Positions 50,354 through 60,166 are shown, counted from the first letter of the stretch. The stretch: DNA of 64,000 nucleotides from an uncultured Gammaproteobacteria bacterium (GCA_964390595.1 CAYMIA010000003.1:17727-81726); one strand, 5' to 3'. Made by a program: numbers and translations. Notes: generated by a model not told the origin, from the letters alone.

Positions 50354-50967
50354 AGCCAAAAAATGATTTCACCTTAATGAGCAAAGCTCTTAAAGGAAAC
50401 GGAGGTTTCACTTTAATCGAGGTCCTCTTGGTTGGAGTGATCGGTTCTGTAGTAGGTATATTACTGATATCAATTTTAGTTCAAAACAATGGTTTGTTTT
50501 CTACACATAGCGCCCAAGTCGCCCAGGGCGTCGGATTAAATGACATTATCAGCGAAGTTTCCAGCTCGATTAAAACAGCCTCTTCAGTCGCCCCCAGTTA
50601 TCCATCTACAAACCCAACTTATATTAGTTCTACCAATACGCTTGTTCTGTCGATTCCTTCAATTGATGCGTCAGGCAACCCCGTTGACAACACTCTAGAT
50701 TTCCTAGTTTTTACCTCCGATAACCAAAATCAAAAGATTCTAAGAGAGCTACTTTTCCCCGATCTAAGCAGCTCCCGTAAATCTATGAATAAAGTTTTGG
50801 CAACAACCCTATCTTCAATCAATTTCTCTTATTCAGATTTAAATGGCAATCCGGTTTCTCCAAGCGTAGCCAGTAAGATCAGCTACACCGTTAACCTCTC
50901 TACCAAAGCAGGTTACGGCACAGAGGAAGCTAGTGCTAGTTCGCAGGCCATCTTAAGAAACAATTAA
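50350..50967 (+). CDS. Pilin-like protein (…MSKALKGNGG|FTLIEVLLVGVIG; probable start 50377)
   Basis: Prepilin motif. Leader is paralogous to the 47298 gene. Confidence 0.6.
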   Translation: MKPKNDFTLMSKALKGNGGFTLIEVLLVGVIGSVVGILLISILVQNNGLFSTHSAQVAQGVGLNDIISEVSSSIKTASSVAPSYPSTNPTYISSTNTLVLSIPSIDASGNPVDNTLDFLVFTSDNQNQKILRELLFPDLSSSRKSMNKVLATTLSSINFSYSDLNGNPVSPSVASKISYTVNLSTKAGYGTEEASASSQAILRNN

Positions 50968-52752
50968 ATGAAAGTTACATTAAACCATTTTCAATCAGGG
51001 CAAGTAGCGGTTATGGCTTTAATTGTCTTGGGACTCATCATTATTAATACCCTAGCCATAGTCGGGGGTTCTTTAACATTTAGTGCTAATACTAAGTATT
51101 CAACAGAGGTCTCCCAAGCAACTAATCTAGCTGAAGCCGGTATTGATAAAGCTGTGGCCTCATTAAATGCCACTGGAGGTAGCTACATTGGGGAAAGCGA
51201 AACTTTCCTGGACCCCGGCTCCTTTAGCGTCTCAGTTACCAGCAAAGACGCATCGACGGATATCATTAAGTCAACCGGTTATGTGCCAAATAAAAGTAAT
51301 CCTAAATCTAAAAGGACCATTCAAATCCAAGCTTCTAAAGGAGTTGGCATTTCATTTGTTTATGGGATGTTAGTAGGTAATGGTGGTATGTCGATGGGAA
51401 ATGGCTCCCGCATTAACGGCTCTGTTTATTCCAATGGTAATATTACGGGTGGAAATAATGAAAATATCACCGGAGATGTCTTTATTGCCAGTGGAACTCA
51501 GCCAACGGCTGATCAACAAAACGATTCTACCTGCCCCAACTGTCTGGACTTTTTCTTCGGCAAAAATATATCCGGGAACAACCAACTTGATATCGCTCAA
51601 AGTTTTAAGCCAAGCACCGGCGCTGTAATTAATAAAGTCAGCTTGAAGTTAAAAAAAATTGGCTCCCCTCCTAACCTAACTGTCCGGTTACTGGGAGATA
51701 GTAGCGGCCAGCCTAACAAAAATAACATCCTAGCTTATGGAATACTTACTGCCAATTTAGTGACCAGTCAATATGGTTTTGTCGATGTCGCTTTCACTAG
51801 CCCACCCAGCCTAACCGCTGGTACTACCTATTGGATTCTGATCGATACCTCCTCTGATAACAACAATTACTGGTCCTGGTCTGAAGATACATTACAAGGA
51901 TATACTTATGGAACTGCGATGTGGTCTCCTGATTGGCAAGTTAGTTCTCCGGTCTGGAACAGTATCAGTGGTGACTTGTCCTTCAAGACCTGGATGGGTG
52001 GTGTGGCTACCTCAATCAGTATGAACAACGGTTCAGTTATTGGTGGCAACGTTCATGCTAACACTATTAGTGGTATCACCATCAATAAAGATGCTTACTA
52101 TCAAGTTATATCTAATTCCACAGTAGTTGGCACCTCTCATCCCAACTCCACTGACCCGGCCTCAATTGCCATGCCTATCTCTGAAGGCAACATCCTCAAA
52201 TGGCAGGAAGATGCTGAGGCCTACGGAGTCACAACTGGTGATATCACCGGTTGTCCGGCTAGAATGGGACCAGGAAAAATTATTGGCAATGTCACTACCT
52301 CAAACAGCTGCACCATCACAGTGACTACCCCAATCTTTATCACTGGTAATTTAACCTTTGGCAACTCAGCTGTATTTCAGATGGACCCTAATTTAGGATC
52401 CTCGTCTGGTGTAGTTATAGTTAATGGAACCACTATCTTTCAAAATTCAGATAATTTGCTTGGCACCGGGCAACCAGGTAGCTTCCTCACTCTTCTTTCA
52501 GCCTATAATTCTCAAACTCAAGGGGGGGACGCCATCAATACTGGAAACAGTTCAATAACAGGCATTTTATATGCTCCTTTAGGGATAATAACTCTGGCAA
52601 ACAACGCCAACTTCAAAGAAGCAGTGGCTTGGCAGATTAATATGGGTACAGGGACGACCTTAACTTATGATTCAGGCTTGATTAGTACCTTCTTTTCCAC
52701 CGGACCCGGAGGGTCATTCTCGATAGTTAAAGGTACCTATCAGATCAAATAA
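50968..52752 (+). CDS. Large pilin-like/pilus-associated protein with N-terminal pilin-type helix and Asn/Gly-rich beta-helix-like repeats
   Basis: FQSG|QVAVMALIVLGLII followed by GNGGMSMGNGSRINGSVYSNGNITGGNNENITGDVFIASG-type repeats. Confidence 0.45.
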   Translation: MKVTLNHFQSGQVAVMALIVLGLIIINTLAIVGGSLTFSANTKYSTEVSQATNLAEAGIDKAVASLNATGGSYIGESETFLDPGSFSVSVTSKDASTDIIKSTGYVPNKSNPKSKRTIQIQASKGVGISFVYGMLVGNGGMSMGNGSRINGSVYSNGNITGGNNENITGDVFIASGTQPTADQQNDSTCPNCLDFFFGKNISGNNQLDIAQSFKPSTGAVINKVSLKLKKIGSPPNLTVRLLGDSSGQPNKNNILAYGILTANLVTSQYGFVDVAFTSPPSLTAGTTYWILIDTSSDNNNYWSWSEDTLQGYTYGTAMWSPDWQVSSPVWNSISGDLSFKTWMGGVATSISMNNGSVIGGNVHANTISGITINKDAYYQVISNSTVVGTSHPNSTDPASIAMPISEGNILKWQEDAEAYGVTTGDITGCPARMGPGKIIGNVTTSNSCTITVTTPIFITGNLTFGNSAVFQMDPNLGSSSGVVIVNGTTIFQNSDNLLGTGQPGSFLTLLSAYNSQTQGGDAINTGNSSITGILYAPLGIITLANNANFKEAVAWQINMGTGTTLTYDSGLISTFFSTGPGGSFSIVKGTYQIK

Positions 52753-52787
52753 TTTACAATTGGTCTTAGACACTCTACAATAAAAGT

Positions 52788-53828
52788 ATGGCTGCCAAAA
52801 ACGTCGTTGGGTTGGATATTGGTTTTTCTTCAACCAAAATCGTTGTCTTATCTCACAAAGAAAAACCTCCGAGAATCGTCTCTCTAGGCTCAATTGCCAC
52901 TCCTCAGCCGGGTATCATCTCAGATGCCGACCTAGATTTGGACGCTGTCGCCCAAGCTCTAAAAAGTCTGGTCAGCGAAGTCAAAATCCCAGGAAAAGAC
53001 GTTGTTATTGCCTTGCCTGAGTCCAGAATTTTTACCCGAGTAGTTTATGACCTACCCTACCTCACCAATGACGAACTATCTCAAGCCATTAAATACGCAG
53101 CCGAAGAATTTGTGCCGATGTCGATTAATGATGTTAATTTAAATTATCAGGTGATTTTTAGATCACCTCAAAAAGGACCCAAAAGCCGGACCATTGTTCT
53201 AGTCATTGCCACTCCCAAAGCACTCCTTGAAAAATACTTAAAAGTTTTAACCATGGCTGATTTAAAGCCCGTAGCTATCGAAACAGAGCTTATCGCTGCC
53301 TCGAGATCTCTGGTTGGCAATAACCCCTATTCCCCCACTACCCTAATCATCAATCTCGGATCAACCACTACTGACTACGCAGTCGTTTCTGATGGTTTTA
53401 TCTTAATGACCAGATCAATTGCCACTGGCGGAAATGCCCTCACGCGGGCGATCGCCCAAACCTTTAACTTTGAACTAGTTCAGGCTGAAGAATATAAGAA
53501 AGTTTATGGGCTGCTCGAAGATCAACTTGAAGGTAAATTATTTCAAGCCCTCAAACCAATTTTTGATGTTATTGTCTTAGAAGCCAAAAGAGTGATCCAG
53601 GCTCATGAAGCCCAAAATCCGGATAAAGCAGTTAAAAGAGTCATCCTCACAGGAGGGGGAGCACAATTACCAGGAGTCGTACTTTATTTCGCTAATTCAC
53701 TCGGACTTGAGGTCCAGGAGGCTGATCCCTGGGCGGCTGTAACTAAGGAGGATAACATTAAATCAAAACTGAATGCTAGCGCGGCACTATATTCAGTAGC
53801 TGCCGGACTTGCGCTTCGGGAAGACTAA
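52788..53828 (+). CDS. pilM: Type IV pilus assembly protein PilM (actin-like ATPase fold)
   Basis: VVGLDIGFSSTKIVVL and GGGAQLPGV motifs. Confidence 0.75.
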   Translation: MAAKNVVGLDIGFSSTKIVVLSHKEKPPRIVSLGSIATPQPGIISDADLDLDAVAQALKSLVSEVKIPGKDVVIALPESRIFTRVVYDLPYLTNDELSQAIKYAAEEFVPMSINDVNLNYQVIFRSPQKGPKSRTIVLVIATPKALLEKYLKVLTMADLKPVAIETELIAASRSLVGNNPYSPTTLIINLGSTTTDYAVVSDGFILMTRSIATGGNALTRAIAQTFNFELVQAEEYKKVYGLLEDQLEGKLFQALKPIFDVIVLEAKRVIQAHEAQNPDKAVKRVILTGGGAQLPGVVLYFANSLGLEVQEADPWAAVTKEDNIKSKLNASAALYSVAAGLALRED

Positions 53829-53833
53829 CTATT

Positions 53834-54376
53834 ATGGGCAAAATTCAGATCAACTTACTTCCAAGCGAAGTCGTCCTTTTAGAAAAGGATATTGAAAAAA
53901 GAGCTCTGGCTATTCGGGCGAGCGTCGCCATTTTAGTTATCGTGACCATCCTTAGTCTGACTGCTCTAGTTATTCGCCTAACTCAGAAAATCAGCCTCAC
54001 AACTAACAAACATCAGCTAGATCTGGTCACAGAAAAGGTTCAAGCTCTCAAAGAACAGGAGGGTGTAGTCTCAATCTTAAAACAGCGAGTTAATTCTATC
54101 TCGGGTATCTTGGGCGAAACTAGCAAACAAGAAAAGGCCTTTAAAACCTTAATTGATATATTTCCTAAAAACATCAAGCTACTTTCCATGAGTATCGATA
54201 AAACAGGTAAATTAGATCTCAACTGTGAAACTGAAAATATCACTGATTTAGATGATTTTTTTCAAAGCATTAGTACGCAAGATAGCAATAAAAAGTTTTC
54301 TAAAGTTTTAGTCAATAGCTTGTCTCAAGGAAGCAATGGAAAAATCCGTTTTGATGTTGAGATATCACCTATCTGA
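53834..54376 (+). CDS. pilN: PilN-like bitopic protein
   Basis: Single TM helix after a short cytoplasmic N-terminus. Position follows pilM. Confidence 0.5.
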   Translation: MGKIQINLLPSEVVLLEKDIEKRALAIRASVAILVIVTILSLTALVIRLTQKISLTTNKHQLDLVTEKVQALKEQEGVVSILKQRVNSISGILGETSKQEKAFKTLIDIFPKNIKLLSMSIDKTGKLDLNCETENITDLDDFFQSISTQDSNKKFSKVLVNSLSQGSNGKIRFDVEISPI

Positions 54377-55083
54377 TGGAAAAAGAGATTAAAAAATATT
54401 ATCAGAGATATCAAGTAGTTATCTTGCCTTCAGGGGCATCATTCATCGCTCTAGTGCTTATCGCATTGTTAATAGTGCCAAGCCTTTTTACATATAGTAA
54501 AAACGCGAAACAGCAAACAGAGATCGAACAAAAAACTAAATTACTCAGCTCAAAAGCCACTCAGCTTCAAGCCATTAATGTAACCGCCCTTAAAACTGAC
54601 TTAAATAACACAATTAAGGTTTTACCTCCCGAAAAAGAGGTGACCGCCGCCATCAATCAAGTTCAAATTTTAGCGAGTGCCAATACAATACAAATTCTAT
54701 CATTGGAATACTCTTCAATTGGCGGTATCGATAAATCAGACAATTTTACCATCCGCATGGAAGTTGTTGGTCCGCTTACATCGATGAGAAACTTTGGCGA
54801 CAGTCTGCGGGAATCTGCCAGGGTGATGAAAATCAAAGATATCGAAATTAATGGACTCAGGGGAGGTGTTAATTATAGCGCCACTCTAACAATCTCAGTT
54901 TATTATCAAGCCGTACCCAGCTTGATTGGAGAAGTTGATGCCCCCTTCGTACCCCTTTCTCAATCGGACCAAGAATTATTGGCCAAAATTAACAACGCCT
55001 TAGAAAAATTCGGATCAGTTAACGCTCCATCTGAGGACTTTACCGGCACCGGGCCAGTTGGCAAACCAGATCCTTTTCAATGA
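54376..55083 (+). CDS. pilO: PilO-like bitopic protein
   Basis: Single TM helix and coiled-coil. Start overlaps the pilN stop. Confidence 0.45.
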   Translation: MEKEIKKYYQRYQVVILPSGASFIALVLIALLIVPSLFTYSKNAKQQTEIEQKTKLLSSKATQLQAINVTALKTDLNNTIKVLPPEKEVTAAINQVQILASANTIQILSLEYSSIGGIDKSDNFTIRMEVVGPLTSMRNFGDSLRESARVMKIKDIEINGLRGGVNYSATLTISVYYQAVPSLIGEVDAPFVPLSQSDQELLAKINNALEKFGSVNAPSEDFTGTGPVGKPDPFQ

Positions 55084-55760
55084 TCCAGCAAATCTGGACG
55101 GACTTTTTTAGTTCTCTTAAATGATTGGCTATCGCGCCACTCCTGTATTTTGGCATGATCGCCAGATACCAATACCTCTGGCACCGGTTCTCCTTCAAAA
55201 TCAGTTGGCCTGGTATATTGCGGATGCTCAAGTAAATCATTACTAAAACTCTCATTTTGAGTCGCCTCCACTTTCTCCAATACTCCCGGGATGAGTCGAA
55301 CAACGCTATCCACCACCACCATGGCCGGAATCTCGCCACCAGTTAATATATAGTCTCCAATTGATATCTCCAAATCAATGTACGTTTTTATAAAGCGGTC
55401 ATCAACACCTTCATAATGGCCACAAACTAAGATTAAATGATCAATTCTTGACATCACACCCGCTTGTTTTTGGTTGAAAGTCTGGCCTGATGCTGACATT
55501 AAGATAGTTAGGGTTTTTTTGGATTTAGAACCCTTTTTGGCATACTTAACAGCCTCTGCCAAGACATCTGGTCTAAGTATCATTCCCACCCCTCCCCCAT
55601 AAGGCCGGTCATCTACTTGCTGATGGGAACCGATACCAAAATCGCGCAGATTAATGAGTGCGGTCTCCAAAAGTCCCTTTTTCTTCGCTCTGCCTAGAAT
55701 ACTGACATCTAAAACATTAGCAAACATCTCAGGAAAAAGAGTGATAATGGAAACTTTCAT
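55077..55760 (-). CDS. trmD: tRNA (guanine37-N1)-methyltransferase
   Basis: MKVSIITLFPEMF...GGGVGMILRPDV...LVCGHYEGVDDR. Start set at the internal ATG rather than the longer track ORF. Confidence 0.8.
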   Translation of the reverse strand: MKVSIITLFPEMFANVLDVSILGRAKKKGLLETALINLRDFGIGSHQQVDDRPYGGGVGMILRPDVLAEAVKYAKKGSKSKKTLTILMSASGQTFNQKQAGVMSRIDHLILVCGHYEGVDDRFIKTYIDLEISIGDYILTGGEIPAMVVVDSVVRLIPGVLEKVEATQNESFSNDLLEHPQYTRPTDFEGEPVPEVLVSGDHAKIQEWRDSQSFKRTKKVRPDLLDH

Positions 55761-55767
55761 GGATAAA

Positions 55768-56091
55768 TTACTGGGCAACTTCTGGATCCTGTTGCTGACC
55801 TGCCTCTTCAATACCCTGGACCTCTTCAGTACTAGGGCTATCTTCCCGGGGAGTTGGATTGGGGTCAAAAAGTTGTAAATTAACCCGGACATTGTCAGCC
55901 ATCGCCCTGACTGTTAAGACTTTTCTAATCGCCTTTATCACCTGTCCACCCTTACCTATCACCTGCCCCATGTCGTCTGGATGAACAGTTAATACCAGTG
56001 TAACTGAGCCTGGTTGGGTCTGCTCTTCAACCGAAACATCATCAGGACTTCCGACGATACTTTTAACTATGTATAAAACTAGATCTTTCAT
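55768..56091 (-). CDS. KH-domain RNA-binding protein (YlqC-like)
   Basis: [19 protein letters not shown] loop. Conserved position between rpsP and trmD. Confidence 0.6.
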   Translation of the reverse strand: MKDLVLYIVKSIVGSPDDVSVEEQTQPGSVTLVLTVHPDDMGQVIGKGGQVIKAIRKVLTVRAMADNVRVNLQLFDPNPTPREDSPSTEEVQGIEEAGQQQDPEVAQ

Positions 56092-56480
56092 TTAGGAGCT
56101 TCCTCATCAGAGGATTCAGTAGGTGTCTCAGGTGTCTCAGGTGTCTCAGGTGTCTCAGGTGTCTCAGGTGTCTCAGGTTCAGCTGCTTTTGGTTCTGCTG
56201 CCGGAGTTTCAGCTTTTTCTTTTTTGGGTTTGCGAGGAGCTCGTTGCTTGGCCTCACCAACGATCCGCAAATATCCATCAGAAGGTTGGGCACCTTTTTT
56301 AATCCACTCAGCGATCCTCTCTTTGTTCAGGTTAATCTCTTTTGGTTCAGTTAGCGGATTGTAAGTACCCAGAAGCTCAATAAACCCACCTGTTCTCTTT
56401 CGGCGCTCGTCAACAACGACCACCCGGTAGAAGGGCCGCTTCTTTGCACCAATTCGCATCAATCGGATCTTTGCTGGCAT
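56088..56480 (-). CDS. rpsP: 30S ribosomal protein S16 with C-terminal (ETP)n low-complexity extension
   Basis: [42 protein letters not shown], then [19 protein letters not shown]. Confidence 0.85.
   Translation of the reverse strand: MPAKIRLMRIGAKKRPFYRVVVVDERRKRTGGFIELLGTYNPLTEPKEINLNKERIAEWIKKGAQPSDGYLRIVGEAKQRAPRKPKKEKAETPAAEPKAAEPETPETPETPETPETPETPTESSDEEAPK
56121..56174. repeat. 9-nt tandem repeat (AGGTGTCTC)x6 inside the rpsP 3' region
   Basis: Six perfect copies read from the sequence. Confidence 0.9.
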
Positions 56481-56535
56481 AATCTGGATAAGTATAAAGA
56501 AATCGCGAGGCTACGTCAAGCTCAAGATTAAAAAA

Positions 56536-57231
56536 CTAGAGCTCACCCATATCAGCCAGACGGTCTAGCGCCTGGCTAGCTGCTGCTTCTTCAGCGATCT
56601 GTTTAGAAAGACCTGTCCCTTCTCCCAATTGTTTGCCCCTTAAAAAAACTCCAATGGTGAATTTTCTAGCGTGATCTGGCCCCTGAGTTTTAATAATTTT
56701 GTAGCTTGGAGATTGCTTAGTTTGATTTTGAGAGATCTCTTGCAATTGGGATTTAGCATCTTTTGGAGGACCACTATTAATCTCTTTTTGAAACAGAGGC
56801 AGCAGAGTTTGGTAGATAAAATCTTTGACTATATCCAAGCCATCATTTAAAAAGATCGCCCCCACTAAGGCTTCATATGTATTGGCCATCAACTGCACAT
56901 TCTCCCTCCCACCAGACATCTCCTCGCCTTTAGATAACTTGAGGTACTCGCCCAAATGTAGATTTTTAGCCGCTTTGGCCAAAGAGGGAGTTTTTACCAA
57001 GTAAGATCTTAAATTTGTTAAATCACCTTCCGCGTCCGATGGCCGCTTGTCATAAAGATATCCGGAGACAATAAATGATAAAACTGAATCCCCCAAAAAC
57101 TCTAACCGCTCGTTAGACTCAGTTAATTTGGGTGATTCATTTAAAAAAGACCGGTGGGTAAATGCGGTCTGGTATATAGTATTAGTACTATCTTGTAGCG
57201 CTGTTTTTAGCCATTCCTGATCAAATTTCAT
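56536..57231 (-). CDS. rnc: Ribonuclease III
   Basis: ERLEFLGDSVL signature plus C-terminal dsRBD. Confidence 0.85.
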   Translation of the reverse strand: MKFDQEWLKTALQDSTNTIYQTAFTHRSFLNESPKLTESNERLEFLGDSVLSFIVSGYLYDKRPSDAEGDLTNLRSYLVKTPSLAKAAKNLHLGEYLKLSKGEEMSGGRENVQLMANTYEALVGAIFLNDGLDIVKDFIYQTLLPLFQKEINSGPPKDAKSQLQEISQNQTKQSPSYKIIKTQGPDHARKFTIGVFLRGKQLGEGTGLSKQIAEEAAASQALDRLADMGEL

Positions 57232-57240
57232 TTTCTCTGC

Positions 57241-57477
57241 TCACTCAAGTAATAAATCTTCAACTGTCACCACAAGATCATTAACTGTTTTAATATCTTC
57301 AGTTTCGGTTGGATCAAAAGTAATCGAGTATTTCTCAGAGATGTAATTCAACAAATCCGCCATCTCAATTGCTCCCAGCCCCAAATCTTCAGTTAGCGAA
57401 GCATCCTGCTCTATATCCGCTGCAGTTATCCCTAAATGTTTGGCGATTGCATCAATTATCTCAGTTTGTTGATTCAT
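57241..57477 (-). CDS. Acyl-carrier-protein-like protein lacking the phosphopantetheine-attachment Ser
   Basis: Aligns to ACP ([14 protein letters not shown] vs EDLGADSLDTVELV), with Ala at the Ser position. Confidence 0.5.
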   Translation of the reverse strand: MNQQTEIIDAIAKHLGITAADIEQDASLTEDLGLGAIEMADLLNYISEKYSITFDPTETEDIKTVNDLVVTVEDLLLE

Positions 57478-57845
57478 TGTATTTTAATATCCTCGTCTGT
57501 CACCATTTTCCCCAAGACACCATTTATAAAGGAGGGAGAGCTTTCCCCGCCATACTCCTTAGCCAGTTCCACCGCTTCGTCAATAACTACCTTTGGGGGG
57601 GCCGCCTTTTCTATTATTAACTCAAATGCGCCAAGACGCAAGATAGCTAAATCGACTTTATTGATCTTATCAATTGGCCAAGCAGGAGCGGATTTAGCTA
57701 TTAACTGGTCTAGTTTCTGGATTTGTTGGATAATTCCCAAAGCCTCTTTAGTTTGTAGCCCCGCACTCTCTTGAAAAGCCCAGGCGAATAAATCCTGCAT
57801 TATTTTAATGCGTTTCAAATGACGGGGGTCTTTGCTTGTTTTCAC
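57474..57845 (-). CDS. nusB: Transcription antitermination factor NusB
   Basis: C-terminal [27 protein letters not shown] matches NusB. Confidence 0.65.
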   Translation of the reverse strand: MKTSKDPRHLKRIKIMQDLFAWAFQESAGLQTKEALGIIQQIQKLDQLIAKSAPAWPIDKINKVDLAILRLGAFELIIEKAAPPKVVIDEAVELAKEYGGESSPSFINGVLGKMVTDEDIKIQ

Positions 57846-57846
57846 T

Positions 57847-58047
57847 TTATGCTCGCGTTACCTTAACCTGTTTTTTAACACCAGTGGCTTTGCCGGCATA
57901 AAATCCACAATTCCGGCAAGCCATATGCGCAACAGTTTTTTCATTGCAATTGGGACAAACAATTAGACTAATTGCACTAGCACTGATCGATGCTCGTCGC
58001 ACCCGTTTGGCCGCTTTTGAATGTCTTTTCTTTGGTTCATGTGGCAT
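57847..58047 (-). CDS. rpmF: 50S ribosomal protein L32
   Basis: Basic N-terminus [17 protein letters not shown]...CRNCGFYAG zinc ribbon. Confidence 0.65.
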   Translation of the reverse strand: MPHEPKKRHSKAAKRVRRASISASAISLIVCPNCNEKTVAHMACRNCGFYAGKATGVKKQVKVTRA

Positions 58048-58054
58048 AGTTTTG

Positions 58055-60097
58055 TTAGTCTGGCGAGACGAAAGAGGCCAGATCTGCTAATTTTCCCTGC
58101 AAAGAGGGGTATTTGTCAAGTGTGGGATCATTTTGCAATAAAAGACGGGCGGAGCCTCTAGCTCTCTCAATCAGCTCCAAATCGGAAAAAGAGGCTATTT
58201 TGAGGTTAAAACGGCCTGATTGGCGCACACCGAAGATCTCGCCAGACCCTCTGATCTGCAGATCCAGTTCAGCCAGTTTTAAGCCGTTAAAAGTTTTTTC
58301 TAAGTTTTTTAATCTGGAAACTACTTGCGCCTCAGGTGTACTAGAAAATAAAAAACAGAATGATTGCTTCTCTCCCCGGCCGACCCTGCCCCGGAGTTGA
58401 TGGAGTTGAGAAAGTCCAAATCTCTCCGCCCCTTCAATTAACATGATGGTGGCATTGGGAACATCTACTCCGACTTCAACAACTGAAGTTGACACCAAAA
58501 TATCAATCACCCCCTCCTTAAAAGACTGCAACACCGCCTCCTTTTCTTTAGATTTCATCCTCCCATGCAACAGTCCCAGTTTTAAATCAGGAAAAATATC
58601 TTTTTGCAAGTTTTCAAACTCGACCTTTGCGGCTTTGGCCTGAAGAATCTCCGATTCTTCGATCAATGGGGTGACAATGTAAGCTTGGTCCCCTTCTTTA
58701 ACCTTGCCATGGATAAATTTATAAGCATCAGCCCGCTTAGCTGCTCTCACCACATGAGTTCTAACTTGTTGTCTGCCTGCTGGTACCTCATCAATAATTG
58801 AAATATCCAAATCTCCATACATAGTTAAAGCCACAGTGCGGGGTATTGGCGTAGCAGTCATGGTTAGAAAGTGTGGCACCGTCGCCTTAGATCTCAAAAC
58901 TGTTCTCTGCTCAACCCCAAATCTTTGTTGCTCATCAACAACAATCATCCCCACATTTTCGACCGCCAATTTACCTGAAATCAAAGCATGAGTCCCAACT
59001 ATCACATCAGACTCTGCTGCTTGTTTCTTACTTCCTGTATATATCCCAACCTTCATTCCCAGTGGGGTTAAAATCTTTTCCAAATTAGCAAAGTGCTGAA
59101 AAGCTAAAACCTCGGTTGGGGCCATGAAAAGTGTTCGTAAACCATTAACAAATGCAACATAGGTAATGGCTGCTGCAACCACGGTCTTGCCTGAACCCAC
59201 CTCTCCTTGAACTAAGCGGTTCATCGCGGCAGTTTTTTTCAGGTCATCACAGATCTCATCAACCACCCGCCTTTGAGCATTGGTCAATGAAAAAGGCAGC
59301 AGCTTTAAAAACTTTTCTAAATCTTTGGGGTCAATGGAAAAAGGTTTAACCACCTCCCTTTTACGCCATTCCAGCCGCGCCTTTTGGGTCGCTAGCTGAA
59401 TTAAAAACAGCTCATCAAAACCTAGCCTGTCTCTGGCCTCTTTGGCCTCATTTAAATTCTCTGGAAAATGAATTTTTTGCAAAGACTCTCTTAAAGGCAA
59501 CATATTTAAACGAACCTCGTCAGGCAAAAAGTCCACTTCCTCATCAATTACTTGAGGCAGGATTGAGGCAATTTTTGCCCGCAGCCATTTAGATGTCAGC
59601 CCAAAAGTCTCTGAATAAACAGGCACCAACCTCCCAGTATGCAAATTCTTGTCCATTGTCAATTGTCCACTGTCCATTGATATCTTCTCCCAGACTGGAG
59701 CAACGATCGAGATCTTGCTTTTATATTTGCTAACTTTGCCAGAAATTTGCAGTCTATCTCCTGGTTGGATTGATTTGGTTAAGTAAGATTGGTTAAACCA
59801 AGTCAGCTCAATGGGCGCTGTCCCATCATTAAAAAGTGCTTGGGTCAAAACTTTTCTTGACCTGGTATAGATATTTTTGATTGACCAGATCTCCCCTTGC
59901 AAGGTGATCTTCTCCCCAATTTTAGCCTCATTTATTGGCGCAATTTGGCTAAAATCTTCATACCTAAATGGGTAGTGGTTAATTAAATCAGCCACTGTTA
60001 AAAGTCCTAAAAGCTCGAGTTTTTTAGCAAAGGCATAACCTATACCTGGAACTGTCCGAAGCGATGTTGATAGGTTCATTGATGTATTAGACCACAT
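58055..60097 (-). CDS. recG: ATP-dependent DNA helicase RecG
   Basis: Wedge/OB N-terminus. GEVGSGKTVVAA Walker A. DEQQRFGV. Helicase C motifs. Confidence 0.85.
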   Translation of the reverse strand: MWSNTSMNLSTSLRTVPGIGYAFAKKLELLGLLTVADLINHYPFRYEDFSQIAPINEAKIGEKITLQGEIWSIKNIYTRSRKVLTQALFNDGTAPIELTWFNQSYLTKSIQPGDRLQISGKVSKYKSKISIVAPVWEKISMDSGQLTMDKNLHTGRLVPVYSETFGLTSKWLRAKIASILPQVIDEEVDFLPDEVRLNMLPLRESLQKIHFPENLNEAKEARDRLGFDELFLIQLATQKARLEWRKREVVKPFSIDPKDLEKFLKLLPFSLTNAQRRVVDEICDDLKKTAAMNRLVQGEVGSGKTVVAAAITYVAFVNGLRTLFMAPTEVLAFQHFANLEKILTPLGMKVGIYTGSKKQAAESDVIVGTHALISGKLAVENVGMIVVDEQQRFGVEQRTVLRSKATVPHFLTMTATPIPRTVALTMYGDLDISIIDEVPAGRQQVRTHVVRAAKRADAYKFIHGKVKEGDQAYIVTPLIEESEILQAKAAKVEFENLQKDIFPDLKLGLLHGRMKSKEKEAVLQSFKEGVIDILVSTSVVEVGVDVPNATIMLIEGAERFGLSQLHQLRGRVGRGEKQSFCFLFSSTPEAQVVSRLKNLEKTFNGLKLAELDLQIRGSGEIFGVRQSGRFNLKIASFSDLELIERARGSARLLLQNDPTLDKYPSLQGKLADLASFVSPD

Positions 60098-60124
60098 CTC
60101 CGGGATTTTTTCTACTTACTTTGC

Positions 60125-60153
60125 TTGCTTTTAGACTTGCTATAGGTTATAAT
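60125..60153 (+). promoter_or_regulatory. Sigma70-type promoter TTGCTT-17-TATAAT, 13 nt upstream of the 60167 ATG (near-leaderless)
   Basis: Hexamers at 60125-60130 and 60148-60153. Confidence 0.4.
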
Positions 60154-60166
60154 TTAGCCTCAAGTT

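Noticed and set aside
52522-52528. Poly-G7 tract in the large pilin-like gene as a phase-variation switch
   Set aside because: An equivalent C7/G7 tract (57595-57601) sits inside nusB, so 7-mers occur incidentally in this genome. It is kept only as a minor note under the adhesin finding.
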